From the NCBI GenBank assembly GCA_963769425.1, contig CAVYLP010000003.1, positions 64,001 through 128,000 of the forward strand: a stretch of 64,000 nt of DNA. The letters are read 5' to 3'. The translations under genes were made by a program, and so were the position numbers. Below, in pieces: positions 10,229-22,253 of the stretch. The notes beneath the pieces are model-generated. The model was not told the DNA's origin. It searched no databases and saw only the letters and a list, made by a program, of their open reading frames with translations. Numbering within the stretch: position 1 is the first letter of the stretch; each line of letters opens with the position of its first letter. The DNA comes from Candidatus Bathyarchaeota archaeon (lineage in GTDB: Archaea > Thermoproteota > Bathyarchaeia > TCS64).

Positions 10229-10903
10229 TCAAGCTGAGACCACGCTATCAGGCGGTGCTTCACTGAACCTCGAGAGCACCTCATACGTCTTAAGAGCGTC
10301 CCTCTCAAAGACCAGTATAATCATCTCCGCATCACAACTCATGAAGTCGGTTATGTTAATCTCATTCATGTAGACCTCTGTAGTAATCGCGGAGATGACA
10401 CCCCGGGGTATTCGCAGCCTCCTCTGAGAGGGGAATCAGGATACCCGCAAGCCCTCGGTTCGTCTGCAGGATTCTCTGGCTCGGTAAAACATCTAGGACT
10501 TTATTGACGTTCTTCTCATCCATCGCAACCCTGATGTTTTCGAAACCCTTCACGAAGCGAAAGGTGTCCCCAGTATTGTAATCCGTTTCCAGGGAGATCT
10601 TTTTAGGAGAGTGACAATGTCGGGATCATTATCAAGAGTCATCCCTAATATCTTGTTCTTCAAGGTGAGCTTAGAGATTAGTCTCCCAATATTGCTGTAG
10701 TTCTCCATCATCTCAAGAATGGGGTAGCGTCGGATCGCACTGACCACAGCCTCAAGCGAGGTCTTCTCCCCAACCGTACCCTGAATAACTCTGGCGAGCG
10801 CCCTGATGTTGATGAGGTTTCTCGCAAGCCCCTTCTTTATGACCGCATCCTGCTCGATGGTCTCCTTCACCACGTCACTTAAAGAACGCGTCGAATTCGA
10901 CAT
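10229..10903 (-). CDS. ACT-domain putative amino-acid-responsive regulator (paralog 1), frameshifted near 10590 and 10400
   Basis: Pieces (LINIRALARVIQ..AIRRYP; TNRGLAGI; GVISAITTEVYMNEINITDFMSCDAEM) align directly with 11065..11727. Confidence 0.7.
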
Positions 10904-11064
10904 AAATGTAGCGTACACGACACATGGTTTAACATTTGCCGGATATTAGACACGTTTCTACACGAATATCTTCGACCCCAGAGAACATTGCGACTAGATT
11001 TAAGCTATCTTCCACTGCCGACATTCAAATATATGCACATATTAATTGAACCACTGACACGATC

Positions 11065-11727
11065 ATGGATGAGTCGCAGCAATCACTCAGCGATAACTTG
11101 AGAGAGATCATCGAAAAAGACCCTGTGATAAAACAAGCTCTTACAAGAGGATTCGTTAACATTAGGGCGCTTGCCAGAATGATTCAACCTCAGATGAGTG
11201 ATAAACCCACGCTCGAGGCCATCGTTAGCGCTATAAGGAGATATCCAGTCAACGAGAGTTACTCAAAATATAGCGAAATCGGGAAGCTCATCGGAAAGCT
11301 CACGATGAAAAATAAGATAGCAGCTTTGACGATAGAAAACGAACTAAACGTGAACCTGGCTCTCGACAAACTCTTGGCTGATACCTGGGTCAAAGGAGGA
11401 GACACTCTACACATCGTCAAGGGCATCAATTCTTTGAGGGTACTAGTTGACACTAAGAACCTGGACAAGCTTATTGCGGTTATTCCCAAGAAATATATTC
11501 GCAAAACCAACAGGGGGCTCGCCGAGATAGTGATTGGTATGAGCAACCTCCAGAGAAAGGCTCCAGAGATCGGCGTCATTGCCACTTTAACATCCGAGGT
11601 CGCTTTGAACGGTATAAGTCTCACCGACTTCATGAGCTGCGACGCAGAGATGATTGTCATAGTGCGTGAGAAAGATGCGTTGAGGTGTTACAAAACACTG
11701 GAGAAGTTAAGCCAAGAGGGTAGCTAA
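11065..11727 (+). CDS. ACT-domain putative amino-acid-responsive regulator (paralog 2)
   Basis: N-terminal VNIRALAR..AIVSAIRRY helical domain and C-terminal ACT-like GVIATLTSEVALNGISL. Confidence 0.75.
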   Translation: MDESQQSLSDNLREIIEKDPVIKQALTRGFVNIRALARMIQPQMSDKPTLEAIVSAIRRYPVNESYSKYSEIGKLIGKLTMKNKIAALTIENELNVNLALDKLLADTWVKGGDTLHIVKGINSLRVLVDTKNLDKLIAVIPKKYIRKTNRGLAEIVIGMSNLQRKAPEIGVIATLTSEVALNGISLTDFMSCDAEMIVIVREKDALRCYKTLEKLSQEGS

Positions 11728-11774
11728 TTTTTCCAGTTTGTAAGTCGATTGCGTGCGTAGATACGAAGCGCTAG

Positions 11775-12592
11775 CCTGTTTAGAAAACCATCTTCAAAGA
11801 CCTTAACCCCGCTAACCTCGACCTAACCGAGACAGACTCCAATACCCCATCCAAAAATCAAACTCCAAGTCATCTCAGTAGACCCGAAGCCCACCCGCCA
11901 AAACGATGGAAAAACCTCAGAAAGCCCCCTCAGCAACGACGCACTCACTTAACAAAGCCCTTTATACACATGACCAGATCAGGAGACCCCAACCTCACCG
12001 AAGCCAACGCAACGGCAAGCATAGAGATCAGACTCAGCAAGACATGGATCACCACACAAGTCCACCCCCTCACTTGGAGACCATCAAGCATCAATTACTC
12101 CTTCGCCCTCCCGAAGAGCCTCTCTATGCTCCACCTCTTCCTGAACAGCTTCACGATCCGCCTAGCACCCCTAGCCATGAAGTCCCTGCCCGCCCTGAAG
12201 GCATCCCTCAGCCTCGAGTTCCTCCTCACTGGGATAATGGGCTCGGCACCAAGCCACTCAGCCGCGTCCCTCGCGTTCTGAGACCCATATTGGCTGTCGG
12301 CGAGCACCGACTTAAATCGGACGCCAAGGCGATGAACCGCCTCCAGAAGCGGCTCGAAGTGAAGCTTGGAGGCTGAGTTGTCTGTCGCTGGGGATTCGGA
12401 GGAGGTGTTTGGCTAGTTGGGCTTTCAGCATGGCGAGTGGTTTGATTTGGGTTCTTCCTGGTCCTGTGTGGTGGTAGTGGTTTGTTAGATTTGTGTGTAT
12501 CTGGTCTAGGTTGAGTGAGTCAAGCACGCGCTTAACATTCAACCTACCTCAATGGAGATTTGGGTTGGTCTCTATATTAATTTCTAAACAGG
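11775..12592 (-). mobile_element. Internally deleted IS5-family-like insertion sequence (non-autonomous)
   Basis: Perfect terminal IR CCTGTTTAGAAA (11775-11786) / TTTCTAAACAGG (12581-12592), with CTAG on both sides (11771-74, 12593-96). Transposase fragments: N-terminal GPGR..LAMLKA..IPSDRQL and DDE C-part LADSQY..RWSIERLFGRAKE followed by a stop. Confidence 0.85.
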
Positions 12593-12632
12593 CTAGCGCG
12601 CAAATTACGAGCACAAAGCGCACGTGTTATTG

Positions 12633-14868
<2,236 letters not shown>

Positions 14869-14882
14869 TTATTACTTAATAA
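14869..14882. promoter_or_regulatory. Candidate Fur/PerR operator between divergent katG and perR
   Basis: Inverted repeat TTATTA-CT-TAATAA, just downstream of a TATA-like TTTTTAAG (14856-14863) and 6 bp before the perR ATG. Confidence 0.4.
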
Positions 14883-14888
14883 TCGGTA

Positions 14889-15323
14889 ATGAATAGCACT
14901 CTCACTGATGTCGAGATCATATCTGCACTCCGCTCGAAGGGTTTCAAGGCTACTTCACAGAGGATAGCCATCTGCCGCAGCATATTACATAGTGCGGATC
15001 ATCCTACTCCCCAGAGAATTTACGAGGAAGTGAAGAAGTTTCACCCAACAGTTAGCTTGGCAACAGTGTATAAGACCCTGGGCGTGTTGGAGGAGCTTAA
15101 CCTGCTCCAGAATCTGCCTTTGAAGCACGGGGAAACGAGGCTCGACCCTAACATGGAACCTCATCTCAACATGGTTTGCAGTAGATGCGGGGTTGTAAGA
15201 GATGTAACAGATGAATACTTGAAGGAGATGATTAAGAAGGCGGCTGAGAAGGTTAGATTCAGCATCTCGGGGCAATGCTTCCTCCTCTATGGAGTGTGTG
15301 AGAGTTGCGGGAAAAAGCGCTAG
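14889..15323 (+). CDS. Fur-family transcriptional repressor, PerR-like
   Basis: TSQRIAI, DHPT, SLATVYKTL, H..CxxC...CxxC; divergent from katG. Confidence 0.9.
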   Translation: MNSTLTDVEIISALRSKGFKATSQRIAICRSILHSADHPTPQRIYEEVKKFHPTVSLATVYKTLGVLEELNLLQNLPLKHGETRLDPNMEPHLNMVCSRCGVVRDVTDEYLKEMIKKAAEKVRFSISGQCFLLYGVCESCGKKR

Positions 15324-15647
15324 AAGTTCACCGCGTTCATTGGTTTTTTGTGAGGAGTCTGCAGGTTAAGATCTATCAGAGCACACTAGACGATGAGTTG
15401 TTCATAATCACTCCTAGTTCATTTACACAGAAGCAATAGCAAAAAACGTTCAACGAGATTTATGCTTTCTGTAAACGTGGCATCTTTTTGTTATTTCATT
15501 GGATAACGGTATGTAAGTGCTAAAGAAACGGAAGTAATATTATAACATAGTTACTCTTACAGGGAGAGAATAACTAACCTATATATTTTAAGTTAAATAG
15601 AATAAATTTATTAACTATGTCTATATCAATCATGCGAGTGAATAGAC

Positions 15648-15899
15648 ATGGCTGATGTTTCATTCAAGTTAGTTGATGTTGAGAAGAAACCCAGTAGAAG
15701 GTACAGGAAAGGAAGCAAGTACGATCCGATAATCGACCAGTTCTGCAATAGCAAGTCCAAATTGGTGAAGGTTGAATTAAAGGGGAAGGACGCAAACTAC
15801 ATTCGTACTCAGCTGAAGAAGAGGATCGATGCTAGGGATATGGGTAGTCAAATTGAAGTATCGGTCGTCAACAACATCGCCTATATTGAGAAGAAGTAA
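15648..15899 (+). CDS. Small basic hypothetical protein (83 aa)
   Basis: Clean ORF with AT-rich promoter-like upstream region; Lys/Arg-rich (KKPSRRYRKGSKYDPI). Confidence 0.7.
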   Translation: MADVSFKLVDVEKKPSRRYRKGSKYDPIIDQFCNSKSKLVKVELKGKDANYIRTQLKKRIDARDMGSQIEVSVVNNIAYIEKK

Positions 15900-15916
15900 A
15901 AAGGGTACTAACCTCA

Positions 15917-15941
15917 AGGGATTTTGATTTATCAAATCCCT
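15917..15941. terminator. Hairpin between convergent genes, possible bidirectional terminator
   Basis: AGGGATTTTGAT-TT-ATCAAATCCCT inverted repeat with one bulge. Confidence 0.4.
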
Positions 15942-15965
15942 CTTTAAATTCGCTTTTAGCATATC

Positions 15966-16397
15966 TTATTTTAAGGATATTTCCCACCGATATCGAATAA
16001 GTCCACGATTCAAGACTTCAAGCAATGCGTTCGCCTTCTTTCGGAGTTCATCGGCGTTGCTACCAACTGCCTCTAGGATCGACTCCTCTTTGATCGAGGC
16101 CGCCTCCTCGAGTGTCTTCCCCTTTAGCAGGTCGCACAGCGCCTCCACCGCGACGTTGACCGTTGGGTCGCATAGGCACAGGTACTTGATTGTTTCAATG
16201 GAGCCGTTGCGGATGTTGATGAATATCTTCAGGTAATCTGCGGGGCGCCCGCAGATCCGCCTGTTGCCCTCGGCGACGGGGTCTAGGAGTATGGTGGGGT
16301 TTTCGATGGTGCCGGCGTTCTCGAAACCCGTCCTGAGCAGCTTGCGGTAGTACTTGATGACTGCCTGGTCCATCTTTTCCCTCTTATCGACTCTCAT
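15966..16397 (-). CDS. IscU/NifU-N-like scaffold or sulfur-transfer protein (atypical)
   Basis: ENAGTIENP, ICG..DYLKIFINI, CLCD, LLKGKTLEEA; overlaps the desulfurase stop. Confidence 0.7.
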   Translation of the reverse strand: MRVDKREKMDQAVIKYYRKLLRTGFENAGTIENPTILLDPVAEGNRRICGRPADYLKIFINIRNGSIETIKYLCLCDPTVNVAVEALCDLLKGKTLEEAASIKEESILEAVGSNADELRKKANALLEVLNRGLIRYRWEISLK

Positions 16398-17749
16398 ACG
16401 TAGCTGCGTTCTTCAAATATATCGTCGAGCGTCTCGATGAACGTCTCGCACTCCTCCATCGTGTTGTAGAAGTAAAGGGAGACGCGGTACAGCATCCTAT
16501 GCTCCGAGGGAAGCCGCGGCTCCGCCCAGCCCTCTCCGTACTCCCTGTTCAGGTAGGAGTGGACGCAGAAGGCGCCGGACCGGATCATTATGTTGCTCCT
16601 CTCGCTGAGCTCCTCGGCTATCCCAACGGCGTTGGGCCGCTTGATCTCGAAGGTCAGTATGCCTCCTCTCTGGGCGGGGTCCTCCGGCCCGAGTATCTTC
16701 AGCCACTCCGCCTCGTTGTACTTGTGGAGGAGTTCCTCCGTCAGGAAGCGGTTAAGATCCGTTTCGTGGGAGCTTATACGCTCCATCCCTATCTTCTTCA
16801 GGTACTTGACTGCTGGACCCGCCCCGATCTGCCCCGGATAGTTCTGGACCCCCGCCTCGAAGCTCTCCGGGGGATCAAGCAGGCGGTAGGAATCGTAGGT
16901 CGTGTCACCTACCGTGCCTCCGCCGATGAGAGCTGGTTCGACTAGACAGCGATCCGACTCATCCACGCCTATCCTCCGCTCTATGAACTCCTTCTTGCCG
17001 TAGAGGATGCCGACCCCCTTCGGCCCACACATCTTGTGTATCGAGAATGCCAGGAAGTCCACATCCAGATCCTGCACGTCGACGGCCCGATGCGGGACCG
17101 CCTGAGCTCCATCGAGCAGGACCTCGGCGCCGTGATCGTGCGCTATCTTGACCATGGCTTTGGCAGGGATGGTGTAGCCCGTAAGGTTCGAAGTGTAGCC
17201 CATGCTGACTAGCCTGACCCTGTTACCCTCCAGCTTGTGCTCAAGCTCCTCGAGATCGAAGATGCCGCCTGGGCCCTGATCTACATGGTCGACCTTGATC
17301 AGTCCTTTATCCTGTAGCCTAAGCCAGGGGAGCAGGTTCGAGTTGTGCTCCTTGTCCCCCAGCAGAACGATGTCTCCAGGCCGGAATCTGAATCCGAGCG
17401 CCACGATGTTGATGGCGTGGGTCGTGTTCGAGGTGAAGATTATCTCTTTTTCGGATCTCGCGTTTATGAAGTTCTTGATGAGATGACGGGAACCCTCGGT
17501 CCCTTTATCGGCGTCTCCCTCGATTCGGCTGGAGACCTCCTCTGCGAACCAGTGCTGGCTCCTCCCCTCGCCGCACGCCGGGTACTCCTTGTAGTACTCG
17601 TTAATGGCCTCGATCACCTGCCTCGGCACAAGCGTCGTGCAGGCGTTGTCTAGGTAGACCGGCGGCTTCCCGTTGCGACGGCGGCTCAGCGCCGGGAAGT
17701 CCCGCCTTATGGCCTCCAGGTTCTCCTTGTTCATCTCTTCGTCATCCAT
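16394..17749 (-). CDS. Cysteine desulfurase (SufS/Csd-like, class-V PLP enzyme)
   Basis: VYLDNACTT, EHNSN, DGAQ, FSIHKMCGP (PLP lysine), IRSGAFCVH (catalytic Cys loop), RVSLYFYNT. Confidence 0.9.
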   Translation of the reverse strand: MDDEEMNKENLEAIRRDFPALSRRRNGKPPVYLDNACTTLVPRQVIEAINEYYKEYPACGEGRSQHWFAEEVSSRIEGDADKGTEGSRHLIKNFINARSEKEIIFTSNTTHAINIVALGFRFRPGDIVLLGDKEHNSNLLPWLRLQDKGLIKVDHVDQGPGGIFDLEELEHKLEGNRVRLVSMGYTSNLTGYTIPAKAMVKIAHDHGAEVLLDGAQAVPHRAVDVQDLDVDFLAFSIHKMCGPKGVGILYGKKEFIERRIGVDESDRCLVEPALIGGGTVGDTTYDSYRLLDPPESFEAGVQNYPGQIGAGPAVKYLKKIGMERISSHETDLNRFLTEELLHKYNEAEWLKILGPEDPAQRGGILTFEIKRPNAVGIAEELSERSNIMIRSGAFCVHSYLNREYGEGWAEPRLPSEHRMLYRVSLYFYNTMEECETFIETLDDIFEERSYV

Positions 17750-17813
17750 CTCCGGCTATTAGGTAAAAAGACTGGTTCTGTATCGGCTTAGGGCGGCCAC
17801 ATTTTTTGGTGCT

Positions 17814-20486
17814 CTACTTTTTCTTCTCGGCGAGCGCCTTCTTGACCCTCGCGGGGGTCGCGGGGAGGTCGTATATCCTCGCGTCGCAGGCGTTGTAGAT
17901 GGCGTTCGTCACTGCGGGTGCCGTCGAGGTCATCGTCATTTCGCCGATCCCCGTCGTCTTGAGCGGCCCTATCGAGCGGGGCGTCTCCCTGACGAGGTTG
18001 ACCATCTCGAAGCTGTCCCGGATCATGGGGAACTTGAAAGTGACGTAGTCGACGCTCTTGCCGTGGACGTACTCCTCCCTCAGAGCGTAGCCGACGCCCT
18101 GATCCATACCTCCCTCTAGCTGCCCTTCGAAGGCCAGGGGGTTGATGACGGGGCCGGCGTCTATCGCTGACGTGATCCTCAGGACGCGTGTCTCTCCGGT
18201 CTCGGTGTTGACCTCGACCTCGCAGAGCTGTATGTTGTGGCACTCCGTCGCGTAGTTAGGCCCCTGTCCCGTCTTGGGGTCGAACTTGTCAGGCCCCTCG
18301 GCCGCGAAGTTGCCCTCGTAGCGCGTCGGCTTGCCCGCCTTCTTCATGCCTGCGTAGGTCTTCGTCTTCGCCTCGGCCATAGCCTTCTTGAGCTTGTCGC
18401 AGGCGTCTGCGAGGGCGTTCCCGGCGAGGAACGTCATGCGGCTGCCCCATGAGCCGCCTGCGCTCACAGTCTTATCCGTGTCACGTGTGTAGAGGCGCAC
18501 CTTCTCCAGGGGTAAGCCTAGCCTTTCGGCCGCGATCTGAGTGAGCATGGCGTCGTTCCCCTCCCCCGGGTCCGCGACGGCAGCGTAGATCGTTACGCCG
18601 TCATCGGAGTCAAGCTCGATATAGAGCTTAGCCGCGTCCCCGAAGTCTCCTATGCCGAACGAATCAGCTGCAAGGCCGACGCCGCGCCTCAGCTTGCCAC
18701 CCTTCGCGTTGAACGCCTCCGCCTCCTTAACAGCCTTCTCGTAGGCGGGCTTCACGGCGTCGCATAGCTCGGGGAATGGCCAGTCGACCGCCACTGGGCC
18801 GGTGGACTTCGACTGCCCCGGCTTCAGCGAGTTCATTCTACGAATCTCAAGTGGGTCTATGCCGAGTTTCTCAGCGATCATGTCAACGGCGGACTCGATT
18901 GCGAACATCGTTTCCGGCGGACCCGCTCCTCGGGCTGCACCACCTCCGGCGTTGTTGGTGTAAACGAGTCTACCGAAAGCCTCGATGTTGGGTATGTGGT
19001 AGGACCCCTGTAGCATCATCAGCGAGCGATCTAGGCTCGAGCCGGGTCCGCCCAACATGTAGGCGCCCTTGTTAATCGTGAAGTCGTAGTAGAGCGCCGT
19101 GAAGTGACCACCCTTGTCCGCCGCCATCTTCAGCTTCGCCGAATATGGGTGCCTCTTCGATGTAGTCTGCATCGACTCCGTCATACTCGGCTGATACTTG
19201 ATTGGGCGCTTGAAGTGGAGCGCAGCGGCAGCAGTGACAGCCTCCGTCGTGACCCTCGCCTTGATGCCGAACTGACCGCCTACGAAGGGCTCCTTATAGC
19301 GGACGTTGTCCCAGCCGACCGCCTCCTTGATCTCGGCAGTATGGTTGTGGATAGCGATGCTGCGCCCGATCACGACGAGCTGGTCGCCATCGAGGTAGGC
19401 GACGCAGTTTTCGGGTTCAAGCGGTGCCTGGTGGTTCATCTGCGTCTCGAAGTCGTGTTCGACGACGACCGCAGCCTTGGCGAACGCCTCATTCGCGTCT
19501 CCCTTTATGAGGGGCTGCGAGTAGCAGAGGTTCGGCGAGTGGCTGTGTAGCTGGTAGGCTCCGGGTGCGAGCGCCTCCTGAGGAGTCATCATGACGGGGA
19601 GAGGCTCGTACTCGACCTTGACAGCGGCCGCCGCGGCCCTTGCCTGCTCGCGGGTCTCCGCTGCGACGCCGATGATCGGGTCACCAAGACACCTCACCAC
19701 GTCCTCGCATAGCACAGGCCTATCTGGCCAGTACTCCCTGATCCTGTTCGTTCCCTTGATGTCGTCGGCCGTCATGACGCCGAACACTCCCGGCATCTTC
19801 AGCGCCGCCTTCGTGTCGACGGACTTGATCTTAGCGTGGTACTGGATGCTGTGCACCAGCGCTAGGTGGAGTGGTTTGTCGAGCTTTATGTCGGCGGAGA
19901 ACTCGGCGAGGCCACAGGCCTTCAGCATCGATGTGGGCCGGGGATGGAATGTGCCCATCATCCCTCCCTTGAGACCGCGTCGGACCTCCGCGGGGGTCGT
20001 CTCCTTTCGGATGAACTGGCCCGAGAGCTTCACGGCCTCAATGATCTTCTTGTACCCTGTGCACCGACACATGTTGCCCGCCAGCGCCCTCTTTATCGCC
20101 GGGAGGTCCGGGTTGGGGTTCTGATCGAGAAGGACCTTCGTCGCTATTATCATGCCCGGCGTACAGAAGCCGCACTGTATCGCGTCGGTCAAGACGAACG
20201 CCTCCTGGATCAGGTGAGGCTTCTCAGGCGTGCCCAGACCCTCAATCGTGGTCACGGACGCGTCGTCAAGGTCGGCAACCTTCTGCAGGCAGGAACGCAC
20301 CGCCTTGCCGTTCACTATCACGGTGCACGCTCCACACTGACCCTTCCGATCACATGACTGCTTCGTGCCAGTCAGACCGAGGTCCTCGCGTAGCAGGTCG
20401 ATTAGGGCCCTGTTGGGCTCCACCGTGAACTCACGCTTGACTCCGTTGATATTTATAGAAACTTCCTTCGTCGTAGTCGGCGACAT
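17814..20486 (-). CDS. Xanthine-oxidase-family molybdoenzyme, Mop/aldehyde oxidoreductase type (2x[2Fe-2S] plus Mo domain, no FAD domain)
   Basis: GTKQSC..GQCGACTV, QCGFCTPG, NMCRCTGY, GGQFG, KRHP, GEG, WGSR, GQLEGG, GIGE. Confidence 0.9.
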   Translation of the reverse strand: MSPTTTKEVSININGVKREFTVEPNRALIDLLREDLGLTGTKQSCDRKGQCGACTVIVNGKAVRSCLQKVADLDDASVTTIEGLGTPEKPHLIQEAFVLTDAIQCGFCTPGMIIATKVLLDQNPNPDLPAIKRALAGNMCRCTGYKKIIEAVKLSGQFIRKETTPAEVRRGLKGGMMGTFHPRPTSMLKACGLAEFSADIKLDKPLHLALVHSIQYHAKIKSVDTKAALKMPGVFGVMTADDIKGTNRIREYWPDRPVLCEDVVRCLGDPIIGVAAETREQARAAAAAVKVEYEPLPVMMTPQEALAPGAYQLHSHSPNLCYSQPLIKGDANEAFAKAAVVVEHDFETQMNHQAPLEPENCVAYLDGDQLVVIGRSIAIHNHTAEIKEAVGWDNVRYKEPFVGGQFGIKARVTTEAVTAAAALHFKRPIKYQPSMTESMQTTSKRHPYSAKLKMAADKGGHFTALYYDFTINKGAYMLGGPGSSLDRSLMMLQGSYHIPNIEAFGRLVYTNNAGGGAARGAGPPETMFAIESAVDMIAEKLGIDPLEIRRMNSLKPGQSKSTGPVAVDWPFPELCDAVKPAYEKAVKEAEAFNAKGGKLRRGVGLAADSFGIGDFGDAAKLYIELDSDDGVTIYAAVADPGEGNDAMLTQIAAERLGLPLEKVRLYTRDTDKTVSAGGSWGSRMTFLAGNALADACDKLKKAMAEAKTKTYAGMKKAGKPTRYEGNFAAEGPDKFDPKTGQGPNYATECHNIQLCEVEVNTETGETRVLRITSAIDAGPVINPLAFEGQLEGGMDQGVGYALREEYVHGKSVDYVTFKFPMIRDSFEMVNLVRETPRSIGPLKTTGIGEMTMTSTAPAVTNAIYNACDARIYDLPATPARVKKALAEKKK

Positions 20487-20787
20487 GCAATCAACTCTGC
20501 ATTACTATTACGAAATGTTTGTATGAACATTTCGGTCGAGTGTACGCGCTTGCCTCCTATAGTTGCCCTGCGTTGTTGCGTCCTAACGGTGAAGCGGGTG
20601 GAGCAGCTAGGTTAGAGTACATTAAGATTAAAATGGGCTAGACCAGTGGAAGCTTTTTTTTCAGTCTAATCCTCCTTAACAAAATGATTTTACTAATATG
20701 TGATGCCTCTATAAACGCTAGCAAATGATTCTAGAGTCGATATGTATACTCGTTCATTTTATAAGACGCTGTAATCTTCCTAATTGC

Positions 20788-22224
20788 GTGAGAAGTTTGA
20801 AAATTGTGTCAGTCTCAATCGCATCCATTGCGATTCTATTCACGATAGTCCTAGCATTTTCAGCGACTAATGTAGTCCACGCCATCGGGGTAAACGCCAC
20901 TATAAATGGTGGACCCACCCCCATGGGAATAGTATATGACTCCGGCAAGAACCTAATCATCACAGCCAACTACAAACTCGATCCAACCAACCCAAACTCC
21001 GCAAACAGAATCTCATTGATAAACGACACCACTAACAGACTCATCGGGTCGATCGCCATACCCTTTATACAAACAACAGGTGCTAGAGGAGCCTTCCCAG
21101 TCGACCTAGCCTATGCACCGGACCAAAACTTGACATTCGTATCCTGCGGAGCCGGCACGGTAGCAGTGGTGGCGGATAAGGATGGCCACATAGTCGCAAA
21201 CGTTGCAGTGGGGATTTCTCCAACTGGCATAGCCTACGACTCCGGCAAGAAAGAGGTCTATGTAGTCAACACATATGACGGAACCGTCTCGGTCATTGAC
21301 GTCAACTATAAGGTGATCGCAACCATACCCGTGGGAAAAAGCCCCACCCGCGTAGCCTATGACTCAGGTTTAGGCGAGGTATTCGTGACCAACGAGGAAT
21401 CTAGCACGGTCTCTGTCATTTCGGATAGCAAACATGAGGTTGTTGCAACCATAACCGTTGACGCCGGCGCCACAAACTTCGGCCCCACAGGCGTCGCCTA
21501 CGACTCCGGCCAACACAAGGTCTACGTCGCCAACCCCCACTATAACACTGTCTCCGTCATATCCGACGACGCGGATAACAAGGTCAAGACCACGATCAAC
21601 AACATATCTGGCGCGAGTGCTGTGGCTTACGATTCTGGCAAGGGCCAGATATGGGTGCTCACACAGGGTGGCGTCACCGTAATATCAGACAGCAATGATC
21701 AGGTAATTGCCAGTGTGGGTATCGCATCTGGGCTTTATGGTATAGCCTATGACTCAGGTAAGGGCGAGATATTCGTCACCAGCACTAATGATGGCACGGT
21801 CTACATGATTTCAGATTCATTCAGTACCCCAACGCCGACGCAGACAACAGGCACCCTAATAGTCAATGTAAAGGACTCCAACGGAGGTGTCCTCTCGGGA
21901 GTAACTGTATCGTCGACGAGCCAGCCCTCAGGTCAAAGTGGGTTGAGTGGGACAACCGGCTCTGATGGGTCGGTGACTATTAGCAATGTGGCTACAGGGG
22001 CATACACGTTACAGGCATCGAAAAGTGGATACGTGACTGGGACTGGTTCAGGAAGTGTTGCGGCTGGCTCATCTGCAACCGTTAGCATTACCCTTCAGAC
22101 TCAACAATCGGGCGGAGGAGGTGGAGGGGGCGGGGGTGTGCCAGGTTTCCCGGTTGAAGCTACTGTACTGGGTATAATTCTCGTTGTGGTTGTGTTGTCC
22201 GCCCGAAAACGCTTATCCGTTTAA
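20788..22224 (+). CDS. Cell-surface YVTN-type beta-propeller protein with Ig-like/CarboxypepD_reg domain and PGF-like C-terminal sorting signal
   Basis: Signal peptide; repeated P.GIAYDSG..EVYV.N....VSVI blades; S/T-rich linker; poly-G, VPGFP, TM, basic tail. Start (GTG 20788) uncertain. Confidence 0.8.
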   Translation: MRSLKIVSVSIASIAILFTIVLAFSATNVVHAIGVNATINGGPTPMGIVYDSGKNLIITANYKLDPTNPNSANRISLINDTTNRLIGSIAIPFIQTTGARGAFPVDLAYAPDQNLTFVSCGAGTVAVVADKDGHIVANVAVGISPTGIAYDSGKKEVYVVNTYDGTVSVIDVNYKVIATIPVGKSPTRVAYDSGLGEVFVTNEESSTVSVISDSKHEVVATITVDAGATNFGPTGVAYDSGQHKVYVANPHYNTVSVISDDADNKVKTTINNISGASAVAYDSGKGQIWVLTQGGVTVISDSNDQVIASVGIASGLYGIAYDSGKGEIFVTSTNDGTVYMISDSFSTPTPTQTTGTLIVNVKDSNGGVLSGVTVSSTSQPSGQSGLSGTTGSDGSVTISNVATGAYTLQASKSGYVTGTGSGSVAAGSSATVSITLQTQQSGGGGGGGGGVPGFPVEATVLGIILVVVVLSARKRLSV

Positions 22225-22253
22225 TTTCCTCGATTTTTCTATAACTCTTCGGC

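Noticed and set aside
8143-11064. Recurring GACAC/CGAC words in the two divergent promoter regions as a shared operator
   Set aside because: Too short and irregular to distinguish from chance by eye.
11906-12376. Plus-strand ORFs inside the IS
   Set aside because: Antisense shadows of the transposase remnant.
17788-20357. Numerous long overlapping or antisense ORFs in GC-rich genes (here and elsewhere in the window)
   Set aside because: Expected by-products of high GC3 codon bias; no recognisable motifs.
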